Source: Negaprion brevirostris
Lineage: Eukaryota
Direction of reading: 5' to 3'
NCBI GenBank assembly: GCA_030324005.1
Contig: JARDVH010000193.1
Location: forward strand, 44,560,602 to 44,624,601
Length of the DNA: 64,000 bases
Shown piece after piece: positions 50,618 through 63,172 of the stretch; position 1 is the stretch's first letter, and every line of letters begins with the position of its first letter. Under the pieces are notes generated by a model. That model had not been told where the DNA came from, made no database searches, and was given only the letters and a program-made list of their open reading frames with translations. The translations under genes and the position numbers were made by a program.

Positions 50618-52437
50618 GGTGAGTTTTGACAGAAAACTTGCATGCAGCACTGAAACAAACAGTAAGAGTTTCTACGGAGATATAAATAGAAATTGGGCGG
50701 TTAAGGGCAACATGGGATCTCCACTGAATGAAGTGGGTAAATTGATAACAGCAAACAAAGAAATTGCAGATATGCTAAACAAATGTTTTGCATCAGTCTT
50801 CACTGTGGAAGACGTGCAAATGCACCCAAGTTATCAGATGGTCAGATTTCAAATAACATGATGGAATCTCAATCACAAGGGATAGAGTATTAGAGAAACT
50901 GTAGGGGCTAAAGGCCAGGACCCGATGAACTGTATGCCAGGGTTTTAATGAAAGTGGCTATGGAGATAGTGGATGCATTGATTGAAATTTTTCCAAACTT
51001 ATAAAATTCCAGGAAGGTACTGGAAGATTGGAAAATAGCCAATGTGACACCCTTGTTCAAAAAGGGAGAAAGGCAGAAGGCAGGGAACGATAGGCCAGTT
51101 AATGTAAATTAAATTAATTTAAATAAATTATTGGCAAGACGCTGGAGTCAATAATCAAAGAGGAAATAGCTGATAATTTAGTTAAGTTAAACATAATCAA
51201 ACCTAGTCAGCATGGTTTTGTGAAAGGTAAATCATGTTTGATAAATTTGATCTGTGAATGTAACAAAGGGAATAGATAGGGGGGAGCCTGTAGACAAAGT
51301 GTATTTAGATTTCCAAAAGTCATTTGACAAGGTGCCACATAAATGGCTGGTGCATAAAGTAAAACCCCATGGAATTGGAGGAAGTAGCATGGATTGAAAA
51401 CTGACTATCAGCTAGAAAACAGTTGGAATAAATGGATCCTTTTCAGAATGGAAAGGTGTAACTAGTGGAGTACTGCAGAGATCAGTTCCTGGCCTGCAAT
51501 TGTTCACTATTTACGTTAATGACCTGCGAAGAAGGAACAGAATATAAGGTTCCCAAATTTGCTGATAATACGAAGCTAAGTATAAGGGTAACTTGTGATG
51601 AGGATACTATGACTCTACAACAGGATACAAACAGATTGGGTGGCTGTGCAAAAACCTGGCCATTGGAGTTTAACGTGAGGAAATGTGAAGTCATGCATTT
51701 TGATCGGAGGAATCAAAAGGCAATTATCTAAATGGAGTGCACAGAAGAACACTAGTTTTCTAGTGCATGAATCACAGAAAGCTAGTAAGCAAGTCCAACA
51801 AGTAGTTAAGAAGGCAAAGAACATTTTGGCCTTTATTGCAAAAGGGTTGTAGTGTAAAAATAGGGATGCTTTGTTAGAGTTGAATAGAGTGTTGGTGAGG
51901 CCTCACCTGGAATACTGCATATAGTTTTGCTTCCCTTATCTGTAAAGGATTTAGTTAAATTTGATGCAGTCCAAATGAGATTCACCAGGGTAATTCCTGG
52001 GATGAGAGGGTTGTCCCTTCAAGAGAGACTGAATAGTCTGGGTCTGTATTTCTTAGAATTTAGAAGAATGAGGGGTGACCTTATTCAAACATACAAGATC
52101 CTGAAGGGGACTGACAGGTTAAATGGTGAGGTGTTTTCACTAGTGGGACAGCCTCGAACAAGGGGACACAGCTACAAGTTAAATGGCCGGTCATTTAAAA
52201 CTGAGGTGTGTAGAAATTTCTTTTTGCAGAGGGTGGTGAATCTCCGGAATTCTCTGTCCTGAAGGATAGTGGAAGCTGGATTATTAAGTATTTAAAGTGA
52301 AGGTAGATAGAATAAGGAGTAGGGAANNNNNNNNNNNNNNNNNNNNNNNNNNCTGACGCTGGCACATTGAAGGGGGGGCGGGGGCAGCTTGAAGAGCCTG
52401 GTGGCTTACTTCTGCTTCTATTTTGTGTGTTCTTATG
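50618..52437 (+). mobile_element. CR1 LINE, ~1.8 kb (ORF2 RT to 3' tail)
   Basis: WKIANVTPLFKKG, QHGFVKGKSCL, YLDFQKSFDKVPH, KFADNTK and FFLQRVVNL. Tail ttctattttgtgtgttcttatg. Confidence 0.93.
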
Positions 52438-52799
52438 AGGTGAAATTCAGAAAAAATTTTTCCTAATGTCACTTCAAATCATAGAATGGAGCACTGAAGG
52501 AGGTCATGTAGGTCATGTACATGGGTTGCTGCTACAGAGAACCAGCTAGTCCCTCTTACCTTGCCCTTACCCTGTGGGCCAGCAATCCTGTTCTCTTCAG
52601 GTGTTTATCCAATGATCTTTTGAAGGCCACAATTGAACTTGTCTCCCCCATGCGTTGTGTACGAAAGTTTTACCCCACTGTTGCTTCTCTTGCCAGTCAC
52701 CTTAAATCACTGCCCTTTGCTTCTTGGCCTTTCCACCAACAGTTTCTCCTCATCTCTTTATTTTGAGCACCTCTTGAATTTTGGTACCTCTATTCTTTT

Positions 52800-53425
52800 T
52801 AAGTTCATTTATTAGTGTCACAAGTAGACTTACATTAACACTGCATTTAAGTTACTGTGAAAATCCTCTAGTCGACACACTCCGGCACCAAGGGAGAATT
52901 TAGCATGACCAATGAACACGTCTTTTGGACTATGAGAGGAAACTAGAGTACCCAGAGAAAACCCATGCAGACACGGAGAAAAAGTGCAGACACCACACAG
53001 AGTGATCCAAGCTAAAAATTGAACCTGGGTCCCAGGGGCTGTGAGGCAGCAGTGCTAACCATCTCGCATCCATAGCATAGGACTATAGAGTCCAGGCAGC
53101 ACAGAAAGGGGCCATTCAGCCCATCGAGTTTGTACCAACCCTCTGAAGCAGCATTCCACCCAGGCCCTCCCTTTCACCCTATCCCTGTAACCCTGCACAT
53201 TTACCATGGCTAATCCCCCTTACCTACATATCTTTGAACACCAAGAGGCAATTTAGCATGGCCAATCTACCTAACTTGCACATCTTTGGACTGTGGGAGA
53301 AATCCAGAGTACCCGGAGGAAATTCATGCAGACGTGGGGAGAATGTGCAAACTCCATACAGGCAGACACCCAACTGGGTCCCTGAAGCTGTGAGGTAGCA
53401 GAGTAAACCACTGTGCCATAGTGCT
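52800..53425 (-). mobile_element. Two tandem V-SINEs (52800-53062 alternative tail; 53085-53425 CR1-type tail)
   Basis: Each has a tRNA head and V core; the tails differ. Confidence 0.88.
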
Positions 53426-53429
53426 GCGT

Positions 53430-54535
53430 TCCTCAGTCACCCCCAGATCATTTTCCTAAAGTGGGGTGCCCAGAAGTAGCCATGTTACCCCACTGAAGTG
53501 CAACCAGTGTTCTGAAAATTTTCATGACAACTTTCTTGCTTTGTACTCTATTGACAAAGCCCAGAATCCCACTGGCCTTTTTAACTACTTCCTCAGTCTA
53601 TGCTGCCACCTTCAAGTAATTTTTTTACTCAATCATGAGGCATGGACATTGCTGGCTAGCCAGCATTTACTGCCCGTCCTTGTGGTATGTACACATATAC
53701 CCCTTGATGTCTATTTCTGCACCCGCAGTAGAATTATATTATATCTTTCAGACTTGTCTGCATTAAGTTTAATCTGCTATAAGTTTGGCTGTTCCACCAA
53801 ATGACATAGTCCTCCTCATAGTTCACAATTCTTCCAAATCTGGTGTCATCAATACATCTTAAAATTGTGCCTTGCATACCCTACATATCAAGAAAAGCAG
53901 TAGACGTAGTCCACCATGCCCCTCCTGTCGATGTTCCATTAATCTGTGAAACAACCATTCATCTCCACTCTGTTTCCCATCAATCAGCCAGTTCTGCATC
54001 CATACAGCCACTGCCCTTTATATTTGAGCTTTAACTTTGCTGACAAATCTATTATGTGGCACTTCAATCAAAGCACCTTTTGGAAGTCCATATGCATCGC
54101 ATCACCCTCATCGGCTCTCTTTATTACCTCAGATTCTTATCTGTCTCTCTTCTAAAACTGGAAACACCAGTTTATCTACTTTTATCAAAGCTGCTTAGGA
54201 TTTCAAACACCATTATTAAATCTACCGTTAGCCTGCTCTATTCAGAGGAGAGCGACTCCAGCTTCTTTAGTCTCTTGATATAACTGAAGTCCAAGAGCTC
54301 TGGTTCTATTTTAGTAAGTCTCCTCTGCACCCTCTCCAATGCCTCAGCATCCTGTCTGAAGTGTAGTGCCCATATTTGGGAACAATACACTAAAAGGCAC
54401 CTAATCAGCACTTTATAATGGTTTAATACAACTTCCTTGCTTTTGTTTCTGTCCCCATTTATAAAGCCAAGCATCCAAATTTTTTTTTTAAAAAACAGAT
54501 ACATCAACTGGTCCTTCCACCTTTAAAACTGTAGG
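53430..54535 (-). mobile_element. Decayed minus-strand CR1 fragments (also 52480-52790)
   Basis: ORF 54238-54507 LVYCSQIWALHFRQDAEALERVQRRLTK; MDFQKVL at ~54080. Confidence 0.75.
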
Positions 54536-56299
54536 TCCCTTTGTTGTGCATTCAAATTTTTTAGAAAGACTTGGACAAAATGGAGGCATCGTCATACGGC
54601 TTGTAAATGTTGTGCCTGTGAAGGGAGTAGAGGCACCATATAAGTCAGAAATGTCTAAGGTTGGATTGGCTGATGGAGAAAAGCAATAAGATTCTTCATC
54701 ATCTATGGCTGTTCTTGCATGCTTTCAAGTGGCGGGTTACAATGAGAGGTTAGCAGAGACACAAAGTATATTTCTAGTTTTCCTTTAGTGAGGAAATTAT
54801 ATAAATTTGTTAAATAAAGATCACCAGGGCCAAATTAGGATTTCAGGAGGTAGTCAAGGCTCCAATCCATTAGTGAAGCAGTGTTGCCTTGGCTTAGAAG
54901 CAGAGCCCAAACGATGCAGTGGAGCTCAGCTTCTATCTCCCCAATGCAGAGGTACAAGTAGATGTTAAAATAACACATGGCACTATTCACATAACAGTTT
55001 CTGGTATCCTGACATTACTCCCCCAAACCAATCCCATCAAAAACAATAAATGGTCATTCATCCTACTGCAATTTCAGCAATACTACAAAGTGGCTGCTGC
55101 AATCATCTATATAATATTAGTTAGTAACTAATATTAGTTAGTTACACACAGAACTTTCAAAGGCATTTAAGAAATGTAATAACAAATTATTTCTTTTACC
55201 TACCATAGTTCAGTATGATAAATATGGAAAACATTATATTACTCATACAATGGCATGCTCTGTTATTATGGGCCATACAGCTCCTCAAAAATTTGTTCAA
55301 ATTTGCTAAATTTTGACATCTCTGAGGTGAGTTAAAAAGCCGGAAGTATTCTGAGTGAAATATCTGACATCATGATTTACATATAATTGGGCTCCATGAG
55401 TTTGTTACTCAAACTCTGTTGTACATCATCAGCAGTGTTCCTGCTGAAAAGAATACTCCACCATTTGGAAGCTATTCTAAATCTGCTTCTTTCATTAACA
55501 AAGTCTTTGAAGACATTTAATGTCAATTTGAGAGCATTTTCATTATAGATATTTAAAATCAGAACAAATCAGCATCATGTAAAAGATGGCCTGTTAATCA
55601 GGTATGTGTGTAGTGTTTGGAAATAGTGCAAAATGTTCACCACCAAAGACGTGGGTAGATAACCCATTCCAACTACTAGCCATGCCCATGTTCACTTAAT
55701 TGCTGTAGCCAAGGCCAACAGATTCCTCATTCCTTTCTACTGGTCACTGCTCCCCTGATTCTATTCCAAAGGATGAAATTCAAACCTGTGCTTAGTTTGG
55801 TGAATGGAGCTAATAAATTGTACCACTGCCAGTGAAGCTTCATACCAGGGAAATAAATGCTGAGAAACAACATGATCTTCTAATCAATACTTCTAACATA
55901 ACCATGCTCCTCTGCACCCATTATCACGCCAGTGATCAGCAGTGTACTGCTGAAGTATTGCCGTTCCTTAAGTAAATCAAGTGTCCTTAACAGTTTTACA
56001 ACACAACTTTTGATACACGTTCCAAGACAAGACTATTTCTCCCATATAACTCTGGGCTACTGAACTATCAAGAGGAAAATGCAGGAGGTTGACCAATTAG
56101 AATGTTGGAGGATAACTGATTCAGAGCAGACAATGAAATAGTAACTCTGGGTGACAGCCCCTTAGTATCCGTACCCTTAAGTATTAGAAATGTTTCACTA
56201 TGCTTATGGATATTCACATATGGAATACAAGGAGTATTCATCTTGAATTCAGATCTTTCTCAAGTTTCTCTCCCTCTCTCTTCGTGCGTGCTCTAAGCT

Positions 56300-57110
56300 C
56301 ATTTAGTTTACAAGGATCATCTTCCATCACCTCAATGTTATTTCCACTAAACTATCCCTCTTCATCTTTCTCGATTTGTGTGCAAGTCTTTAACACAGTT
56401 GACTGCACTATTCTTCTACAATGTTTCTCCACACTCAGACAGGTAGGTGAGACTACACTCATCTTGTTCCATTCTCACCTATCTAATCACAACCAAGGAA
56501 TCTTGTGCAATGAAATCTCCTTTTGCTTCCACAAAATCCCTACAATGCCAAAGGAGGCCATTTGGCCTTTCAGGTTTGCACTGACTCAGAGAACGTTACC
56601 CAAGACTCACTCCCCCACACCATCCCCGTAACCTCACAGCTAATCCATCTAACCTACATGTTGTTGGACACTAAGGGGCAATTTAGCATGGCATATCCAC
56701 CAAACCTGCAAATCTTTAGACAATGGGAGGAAACCCATGCAGACACAGGGAGAAAGTGCAAACTCCAACAGTCATTCAAGGATGGAATGGAACCCTGGTC
56801 CATGGTGCTGTAATTACTGTGCTGCCCCTGTACCATTACCCCTGGTGTTCCCCCAAGGATCGATCCTAACTCCTTCTATTTCACATATTCATGCTGTTCC
56901 TTGGAAATATCATCTGAAAACAAGGCAGGTTCCACATGAATGCTAGCAACATCCAGTTCCACCTCACCATCACATCCTTTAATCCCACCACTATCATTAA
57001 TCAAGTCACTTATTTGACATCCAGGAACTGAATAAGAAATATCCTCCAATTTAATAATTGGAAGGTAGTAGCTATCCTCTTAGATCTCTGCCACAGACTC
57101 TGTTCCTCTA
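56300..57110 (+). mobile_element. L2 RT fragment interrupted by a minus-strand V-SINE (~56533-56830)
   Basis: FNTVDCTILLQ...FHSHLSN before the SINE; ggtgttccccaaggatcgatcct (GVPQGSIL) after it. Confidence 0.75.
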
Positions 57111-57899
57111 TGCAAAGGAAACGTTGATTGAATAGACTGCTGGAAGAAGAAATTTCTGAGCTTGGATGCTGAAATTAAGGATCTTTTGAGGTAGACATTA
57201 AGTGTACTGTAATACTATTACAAGCAATTGCTAAAATTCCATTGTTTGCACTATTATTTGATCCTAATCACCAGATGGAGCTGCGCAAAAGCTAAACAGA
57301 TACAATGTGGTGTTCAACACTTCTTGGATTCAGCACAGTACGTTCAGTGACTGGAATGGAGTACAATGATAATAAAGAATATATTTCAGCAAAAAAATCT
57401 CATTACCATGTCAATCAATGAAAGAAATTGTCCTGCTGAATCACAAAAGAAACGAGACAGAGGAAAAAAGACAGCTTGTCTCAAATTCTACTCTATAATT
57501 TTCTTGTCCTTTGTGAAACTGATATGTATATTTTGAAGAAAAAAATTGTAGTTGAGACTTTGAGCAGCTTACTAAGTCATGGTAGGAACACAGCAGGAAT
57601 GGGCCTTTCAGCTTGTTCTGCGTTCAGTTAGATTGTGGCTTATCTATGCCTCCACAACTTTCCTTGCCTTAAGACCCTCAACCAAGGAAGCCATTCCTTT
57701 ACAGTCACCATGCATTTACTGTTCACAGTTGTTCCATTAGAAAGGAGCTGGCAAAAATATTCATTACATTATTACCACCCCATATCAGAAACAAAGAAAT
57801 TCAGATTGATGGTAAAGCAGTTGCTTGTTTCTGTAGAGGCAACATGCCATCAGTTGTTTCCTTGGTAAATAGCAACACTTGGGTCAACTGAAAAAACTC

Positions 57900-59450
57900 C
57901 AAACTAGCCTTTAGGGATTCTGATAAGACCCTTGTCAAAGTCAATAATAACATGCATTGTGACACTATCATGATAAATTCTCTCTCATCCTTCTTGACCA
58001 ATCTTCAGCCTTCAGTACAGATGACTAAGCGGTCCTCAACCAATATCCCTAATCCATTGTCCTGCTGGGTACAATTTCCTTCTTGGTTCCATTGTTATCC
58101 ATCAAATCATGGCTGGGGAATGACTTCCAATGGTTGCTCTTCTGACTTCTGCACTGGGACCTCCAGAATCCCTAAGGATCTATCTTTGCTCCAGTTCCTG
58201 CTTCTACTTCTAATTAACAAGTAACCCCTTGGCAATATCATCCAAATACGCAAGCTTAAGTTTTGCAAGTATGCCCATGCCACTCAACTCTTTCTCACTA
58301 TCAATTAATTGAACTCCTCCACTGTTCCTTATTTGTCATACTCCTTGATTCCCCCCCAACTAAATACTGGGAAGACCAAGGACATTGTCGTTTTGCTCTG
58401 TATGTTAATTCTGCTTTTTGANNNNATTTCAAACCCTGAAGCCTGTGTCAAGCTACATAAGACCTTGGTGTTTGTAATTAATCCAAAGATAAATAAATAC
58501 AGCACAGGAACATGTCATTCGACCCAACTGGTAGCTATCGGCATTTATGCTCCATTCGAGCTGTTGCTCATCTTTCCTCATTGAAATCCACTTTCCCTTC
58601 TCCAGCTTCCCCTCAAATGCATCTTAACAATACACCTTAGCCACTCCTAAGATAGCAAGTTTCATATTCTTATCAAGTTGGGGAATGAAGTTTCTCCAAA
58701 TTCTTTACTGAATTTCTTGGTGACTCTCTTAAATTGATGTCCTTTAGGTCTGCCCTTCTCCAGAAGTGGAAACACTGGGCCAGATTTTCTGGTAAGTGGT
58801 GATGCTGAGATGATTGCAACTGAAAAAAAAATTACAGCCCTACCTTTTTATGTCCTTCCAGCCAGTTCTTCCTGTCCCAGCTGCAGCAGCAATCCTGTGG
58901 CGCAACCATCCATGAAGAGCAATGGTGAAGAGGAGCAGTGGAAAGATCGTGCCCCTTTTTAATGATACCAGCAGCTGTGCCCAGTTGTTTGTAAGATACT
59001 AAGAATTTTAGTGGGATCTTTGTAATGTTTCTTGATACTGGCCCTTCCTCAGCTCATCTGCTTCAGAAATGCTCAACTATGCCTTCAGTATCCCAAGTAA
59101 ACTAATCCACTGTACTCCTGGCCAGCCTCCTATCTTCCACCCTACATAAGCTTACACTTATACAAATTTCTGTCGCTTATATCGTAAATACGACAAATCT
59201 TGCTGAACTTCACTGACCCCCCCCCAGTCTGACAATGCCTCAGTTTTAAAATCATCATCATCCTCATTTTCAAATCCCTCCATGTCCTTGCTCCTCCTTT
59301 ATCACTTTAGCCAATTCCAGCCCTACCAGCCAATTGGATTGCTGCAATTTCAATTCTAGCCATTAATGCATCGCTGATGATAAATTCCTCCATCTCTGGT
59401 GCTATCAGGTGCCTTGGCCTGCAGCTGTGAAATTTTCTCCTAAACATCTT
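57900..59450 (+). mobile_element. Scattered L2 fragments
   Basis: LVKVNNN...SLILLD..SAF at ~57930-58015, PKDLS/QGS-like region at ~58170 and 3' ORF2 at 59080-59450. Confidence 0.6.
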
Positions 59451-60271
59451 GCCTCCCCTTTTAAATTATGTCTGCATTACTACAAATCAACTAATGTATT
59501 AGCTGTTGCTCAATGTTAAAGATACCCAAAAAAATTTACATTAGTATTGCTAATTCCTCCTTGGTTTCTGAATGCAGTGTTGTGTGTTATGTTGGGTGAG
59601 GAATTGATGCCTTAAACATCCCAAAAAATTGACCAGATAAAGGGTGGATTTTAAAGAAATTAAGTAAAAATTGTAAGAGAAATAAAGTCAAATCATACTT
59701 GTTTAGTTTGCAATTCAAAATTGTACTTTTTAAAAAGATCACTGCATATATCTTAGGCAGGAGAAACATGAGGTTCAGTTCTCATAATTACTTAGAAGTT
59801 CCTATGAACCTGGCAGTGAAAACTCCAGTGAGGTGTCCAGTCTCATTTAAGATATTCTTTGAAACCAACCACTCCGATTAACCTTTAGATCATCTGTTCT
59901 GATATGTCCTTATGAGGCTTAATATTTTTATTGATACCACTCTTAAGTGCCTTGAGAGTTTTGTGATGTTAAACGAGCTACATAAGCTTAGGTGGTGTTG
60001 TGGCCTGAAGTGTTGACTTTGCTTTGGAATGGTATGCAATCTGAACCTGGATTTCTATCAAGCTTTGGTGTGCTGTAAAATACTCCTCACTCAAGCATCG
60101 GTTTCAAATACTCAGCCATTCAGGTACCAATCAGCTTCAACTAAGAGGTTCAAATACAGCTGAGCCTAAATCTGCCCCAAATAAATCAGCCCAATTAGTA
60201 AGCACAAATCAAACAAGGCCCATGAGACTGGACCCCTCAATGGAGCCTTCAGTACCAGGTTCATAGGAATT

Positions 60272-60461
60272 ATGAGAACGTAAGAACATAAGAAATAGGA
60301 GCAGGAGTAGGCCATCCAGCCCTTCGAGCCTGCCCCGCCATTCAATAAGATNNNNNNNNNNNNNNNNNNNNNNNNNNNNNNNNNNNNNNNNNNNNNNNNN
60401 NNNNNNNNNNNNNNNNNNNNNNNNNNNNNNNNNNNNNNNNNNNNNNNNNNNNNNNNNNNNN
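60272..60461 (-). mobile_element. Young CR1 3' end running into a gap
   Basis: gaacgtaagaacataagaaataggagcaggagtaggccatccagcccttcgagcctgccccgccattcaataaga. Confidence 0.88.
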
Positions 60462-61163
60462 CATAACGCTACATTCAGGAACCAAGGAGAAATTAGCAAT
60501 ACCAATATAAATGTTTTTTTGGTAGCTTTAACACGGTCTTTGAGCAACTGCTAATACATTAGTTGATTAGTAGTAATGGACACATAATTTTGTGTTTGAA
60601 AATTTAAAATATTAAAATGTCCTGATTACCTAAATCAAAGTACTTGCTGCTCCCTAATTTCTACTCACATTTGCTGTGATCTTTTATTAGCTGAGAAATT
60701 GGTGCCAGAGTGTTACACAGTTCAAGAGGGTTCAAAGTTGTGAATTTTCCCGTTATATGTTTAAAATCAATTAAAAATCCAGATTTTGTTTAACATGATT
60801 TATTGATTGGCAGGGGTGCCAGTGACTTGACTTCTGCCTGTGACTAAAGTGCCCACAAATAGAAACAGCAATTCTACTACCAATCTGTGACCCAGTGGAG
60901 ATGTGTTCCTAGCATAGGTAGCACAGCTGGTTGATTTTTCTTCTTCTGTGGATTGGAAAGCCCAAGTTATCGTAAAATACTTGGGTGAGAGACAAAAACT
61001 ATTATAACTTTAGCTGGGCAAGTGATAGCAATGCCAATTCTTACTTTCAAAAATATTATGCCCTCTACCTCCCCACTCCTGACAACAATGATGTCAATCC
61101 TCCAGTACATTGCTGAAGTGTTCACTTTTCATGCATGAACCTACACCATGAACAGTGGCTCAT

Positions 61164-61173
61164 GGGGGAGGGG

Positions 61174-61207
<34 letters not shown>

Positions 61208-61226
61208 GAGAGAGGAGGAAGAGGAG
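61164..61226. repeat. (GA)n microsatellite
   Basis: Direct reading. Confidence 0.95.
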
Positions 61227-61231
61227 TGATT

Positions 61232-61600
61232 GGACTGGACTAGTAACCTAGAGGCCAACTGCTAATATTTTGGGGACACAGGTTCAAATTCTACCATGGC
61301 AACTGGTGGAATTTGAAGTCCGTTTAAATCAAAACCTGAAATAAAAAACTGCTAGTCTCAGTAACGGTGACCATAAAACCATCACTGATTATTGTAAAAC
61401 CCATCTGATCCAATAATCTCCTTTGGAGAAGGAAATGTGCCATCTTCAGTCTGGCCTACATGCAACTCAGACCCACAGCAATAAGGCTGACTCTTAACTG
61501 CCCACTGTAACTAAGTAGCTCGCTAGATCGTTAAAGGACAATCAAAGATGAGGAACAAATGCTGGCTTTGCCAGTGATACCCACATCCCATGAAAGAAAA
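61232..61600 (+). mobile_element. tRNA-derived SINE (second family)
   Basis: ggactagtaacctagagg...ggttcaaattctacc (B-box-like). Tail aaatgctggctttgccagtgatacccacatcccatgaa; a tail piece also occurs reversed at ~53620-53680. Confidence 0.7.
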
Positions 61601-62068
61601 TTGTGGAAAAAAAAGGAACAACTATGCAAGGATGTCATCAGATTCTATCTATAGAAATGCAATTAATAGCAAGAGACGCCACCNNNNNNNNNNNNNNNNN
61701 NNNNNNNNNNNNNNNNNNNNNNNNNNNNNNNNNNNNNNNNNNNNNNNNNNNNNNNNNNNNNNNNNNNNNNNNNNNNNNNNNNNNNNNNNNNNNNNNNNNN
61801 NNNNNNNNNNNNNNNNNNNNNNNNNNNNNNNNNNNNNNNNNNNNNNNNNNNNNNNNNNNNNNNNNNNNNNNNNNNNNNNNNNNNNNNNNNNNNNNNNNNN
61901 NNNNNNNNNNNNNACTGGAAAGAAAATGAAAGAGAAAATGCAGCATGACTTGCAAAAAAGTGATATTCCATTGCCAACTTGTTTTGAACCATAAAGTAAA
62001 CCCACTGTGATTTAGTCCCTTAGTTACATTTCATTCTGCCAGCTTGTAAGTGGTAGATAGCGGCTTAC

Positions 62069-62236
62069 CTAAGCTGTGACCATTCTTTGTGTAGAAGCAG
62101 GTGTTATTTATGAGGTTTACACAGCACCCAATTACATCTCCAGTGGTGAAAGTGGGACCGTATGGTTGCCCTGTACCTGAAGAGCAGAAGGAATGTCCAT
62201 CGTCTCCATGGTATCCATATGAATGCTTGTCCCACC
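62069..62236 (-). CDS. RANBP10: RANBP10 coding exon (equivalent to human exon 4), SPRY domain, 168 nt
   Basis: Minus strand reads ttttgcag|GG TGG GAC AAG CAT...CAC AGC TTA G|gtaagc. Translation (G)[55 protein letters not shown] is the RANBP9/10 SPRY signature. Missed by the ORF track. Confidence 0.96.
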
Positions 62237-62887
62237 CTGCAAAACATGGAATGGAGATAAGGCAGGGTTTAAATTTGTTCCTATTAAAACAGTGTGCTGA
62301 GGCAAAATTATTGCTGCTTCTTACTCACAGTAGCAAGCAAGATTCATCCCTCAGTTCCAAGAACAAACCTTGCTAATCCAAGTAAATCATGCAAAACAAC
62401 ATCAGGATTTGTAAACAGATTTCAAAAATACAAAAGGGGTAGGGGACAGCGGTTGCCATTTTCCCAGCACAAGATCAGAATTTTGCAGTACGATCTGTCA
62501 TCCTTGAAGCATGCCAGAATTGCATTAGGTGACATACCAACTTGGGCAACTTCAGCTGTCCATGGCATTCACTTCAAAAATGCATTAGGCTCCTCAGATA
62601 TGTAAATCTTAAGCAACTAGTGAAAAATATTTAAGTAGGTGGATCCTGTGTCTTAAATGCTGTACCAAACCAATGGTCCCAATAAACAATGTTGCTGGTT
62701 GATCAAGAAATAGAAATTTCCTTTCTTTTGATGGGGCTCAGGAGAAACAAAGTGCTCTTCCAAGGCTCCAAGAACCCGCAAGTCCACAGCCAGGATTCCA
62801 GGAGCCCAAGATATCAAATATTTGTCAGACTGTTGGCTGAATAATCATAGGAGTTAACTGATTTTCGAGCCAACTGCAGCAACGTTG

Positions 62888-63172
62888 CAGCACGGATTCG
62901 TTAAGGGGAAGTTGTGTTTAACAAATTTATTGGATTTCTATGAGGATGTGACTAGTGCGGTAGNNNNNNNNNNNNNNNNNNNNNNNNNNNNNNNNNNNNN
63001 NNNNNNNNNNNNNNNNNNNNNNNNTAACCTCCTCATCTCTGGTATCAGCCTAGTGAACCTTCTCTGTACTCCCTCCAAGGCCAATATATCCCTTCGCAAA
63101 TGCGGTGACCAAAACTGCACAGAGTACTCCAGTTGCGGCCTCACCAGTGCCCTGTACAGTTGCAGCAAGACC
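62888..63172. mobile_element. Young CR1 pieces in opposite orientations around a gap
   Basis: Plus strand QHGFVKGKLCLTNLLDFYEDVTSAV left of the gap; minus strand [26 protein letters not shown] right of it. Confidence 0.88.

Noticed and set aside
25021-62236. Calling the gene RANBP9
   Set aside because: The linker exons and diagnostic motifs match RANBP10 better.
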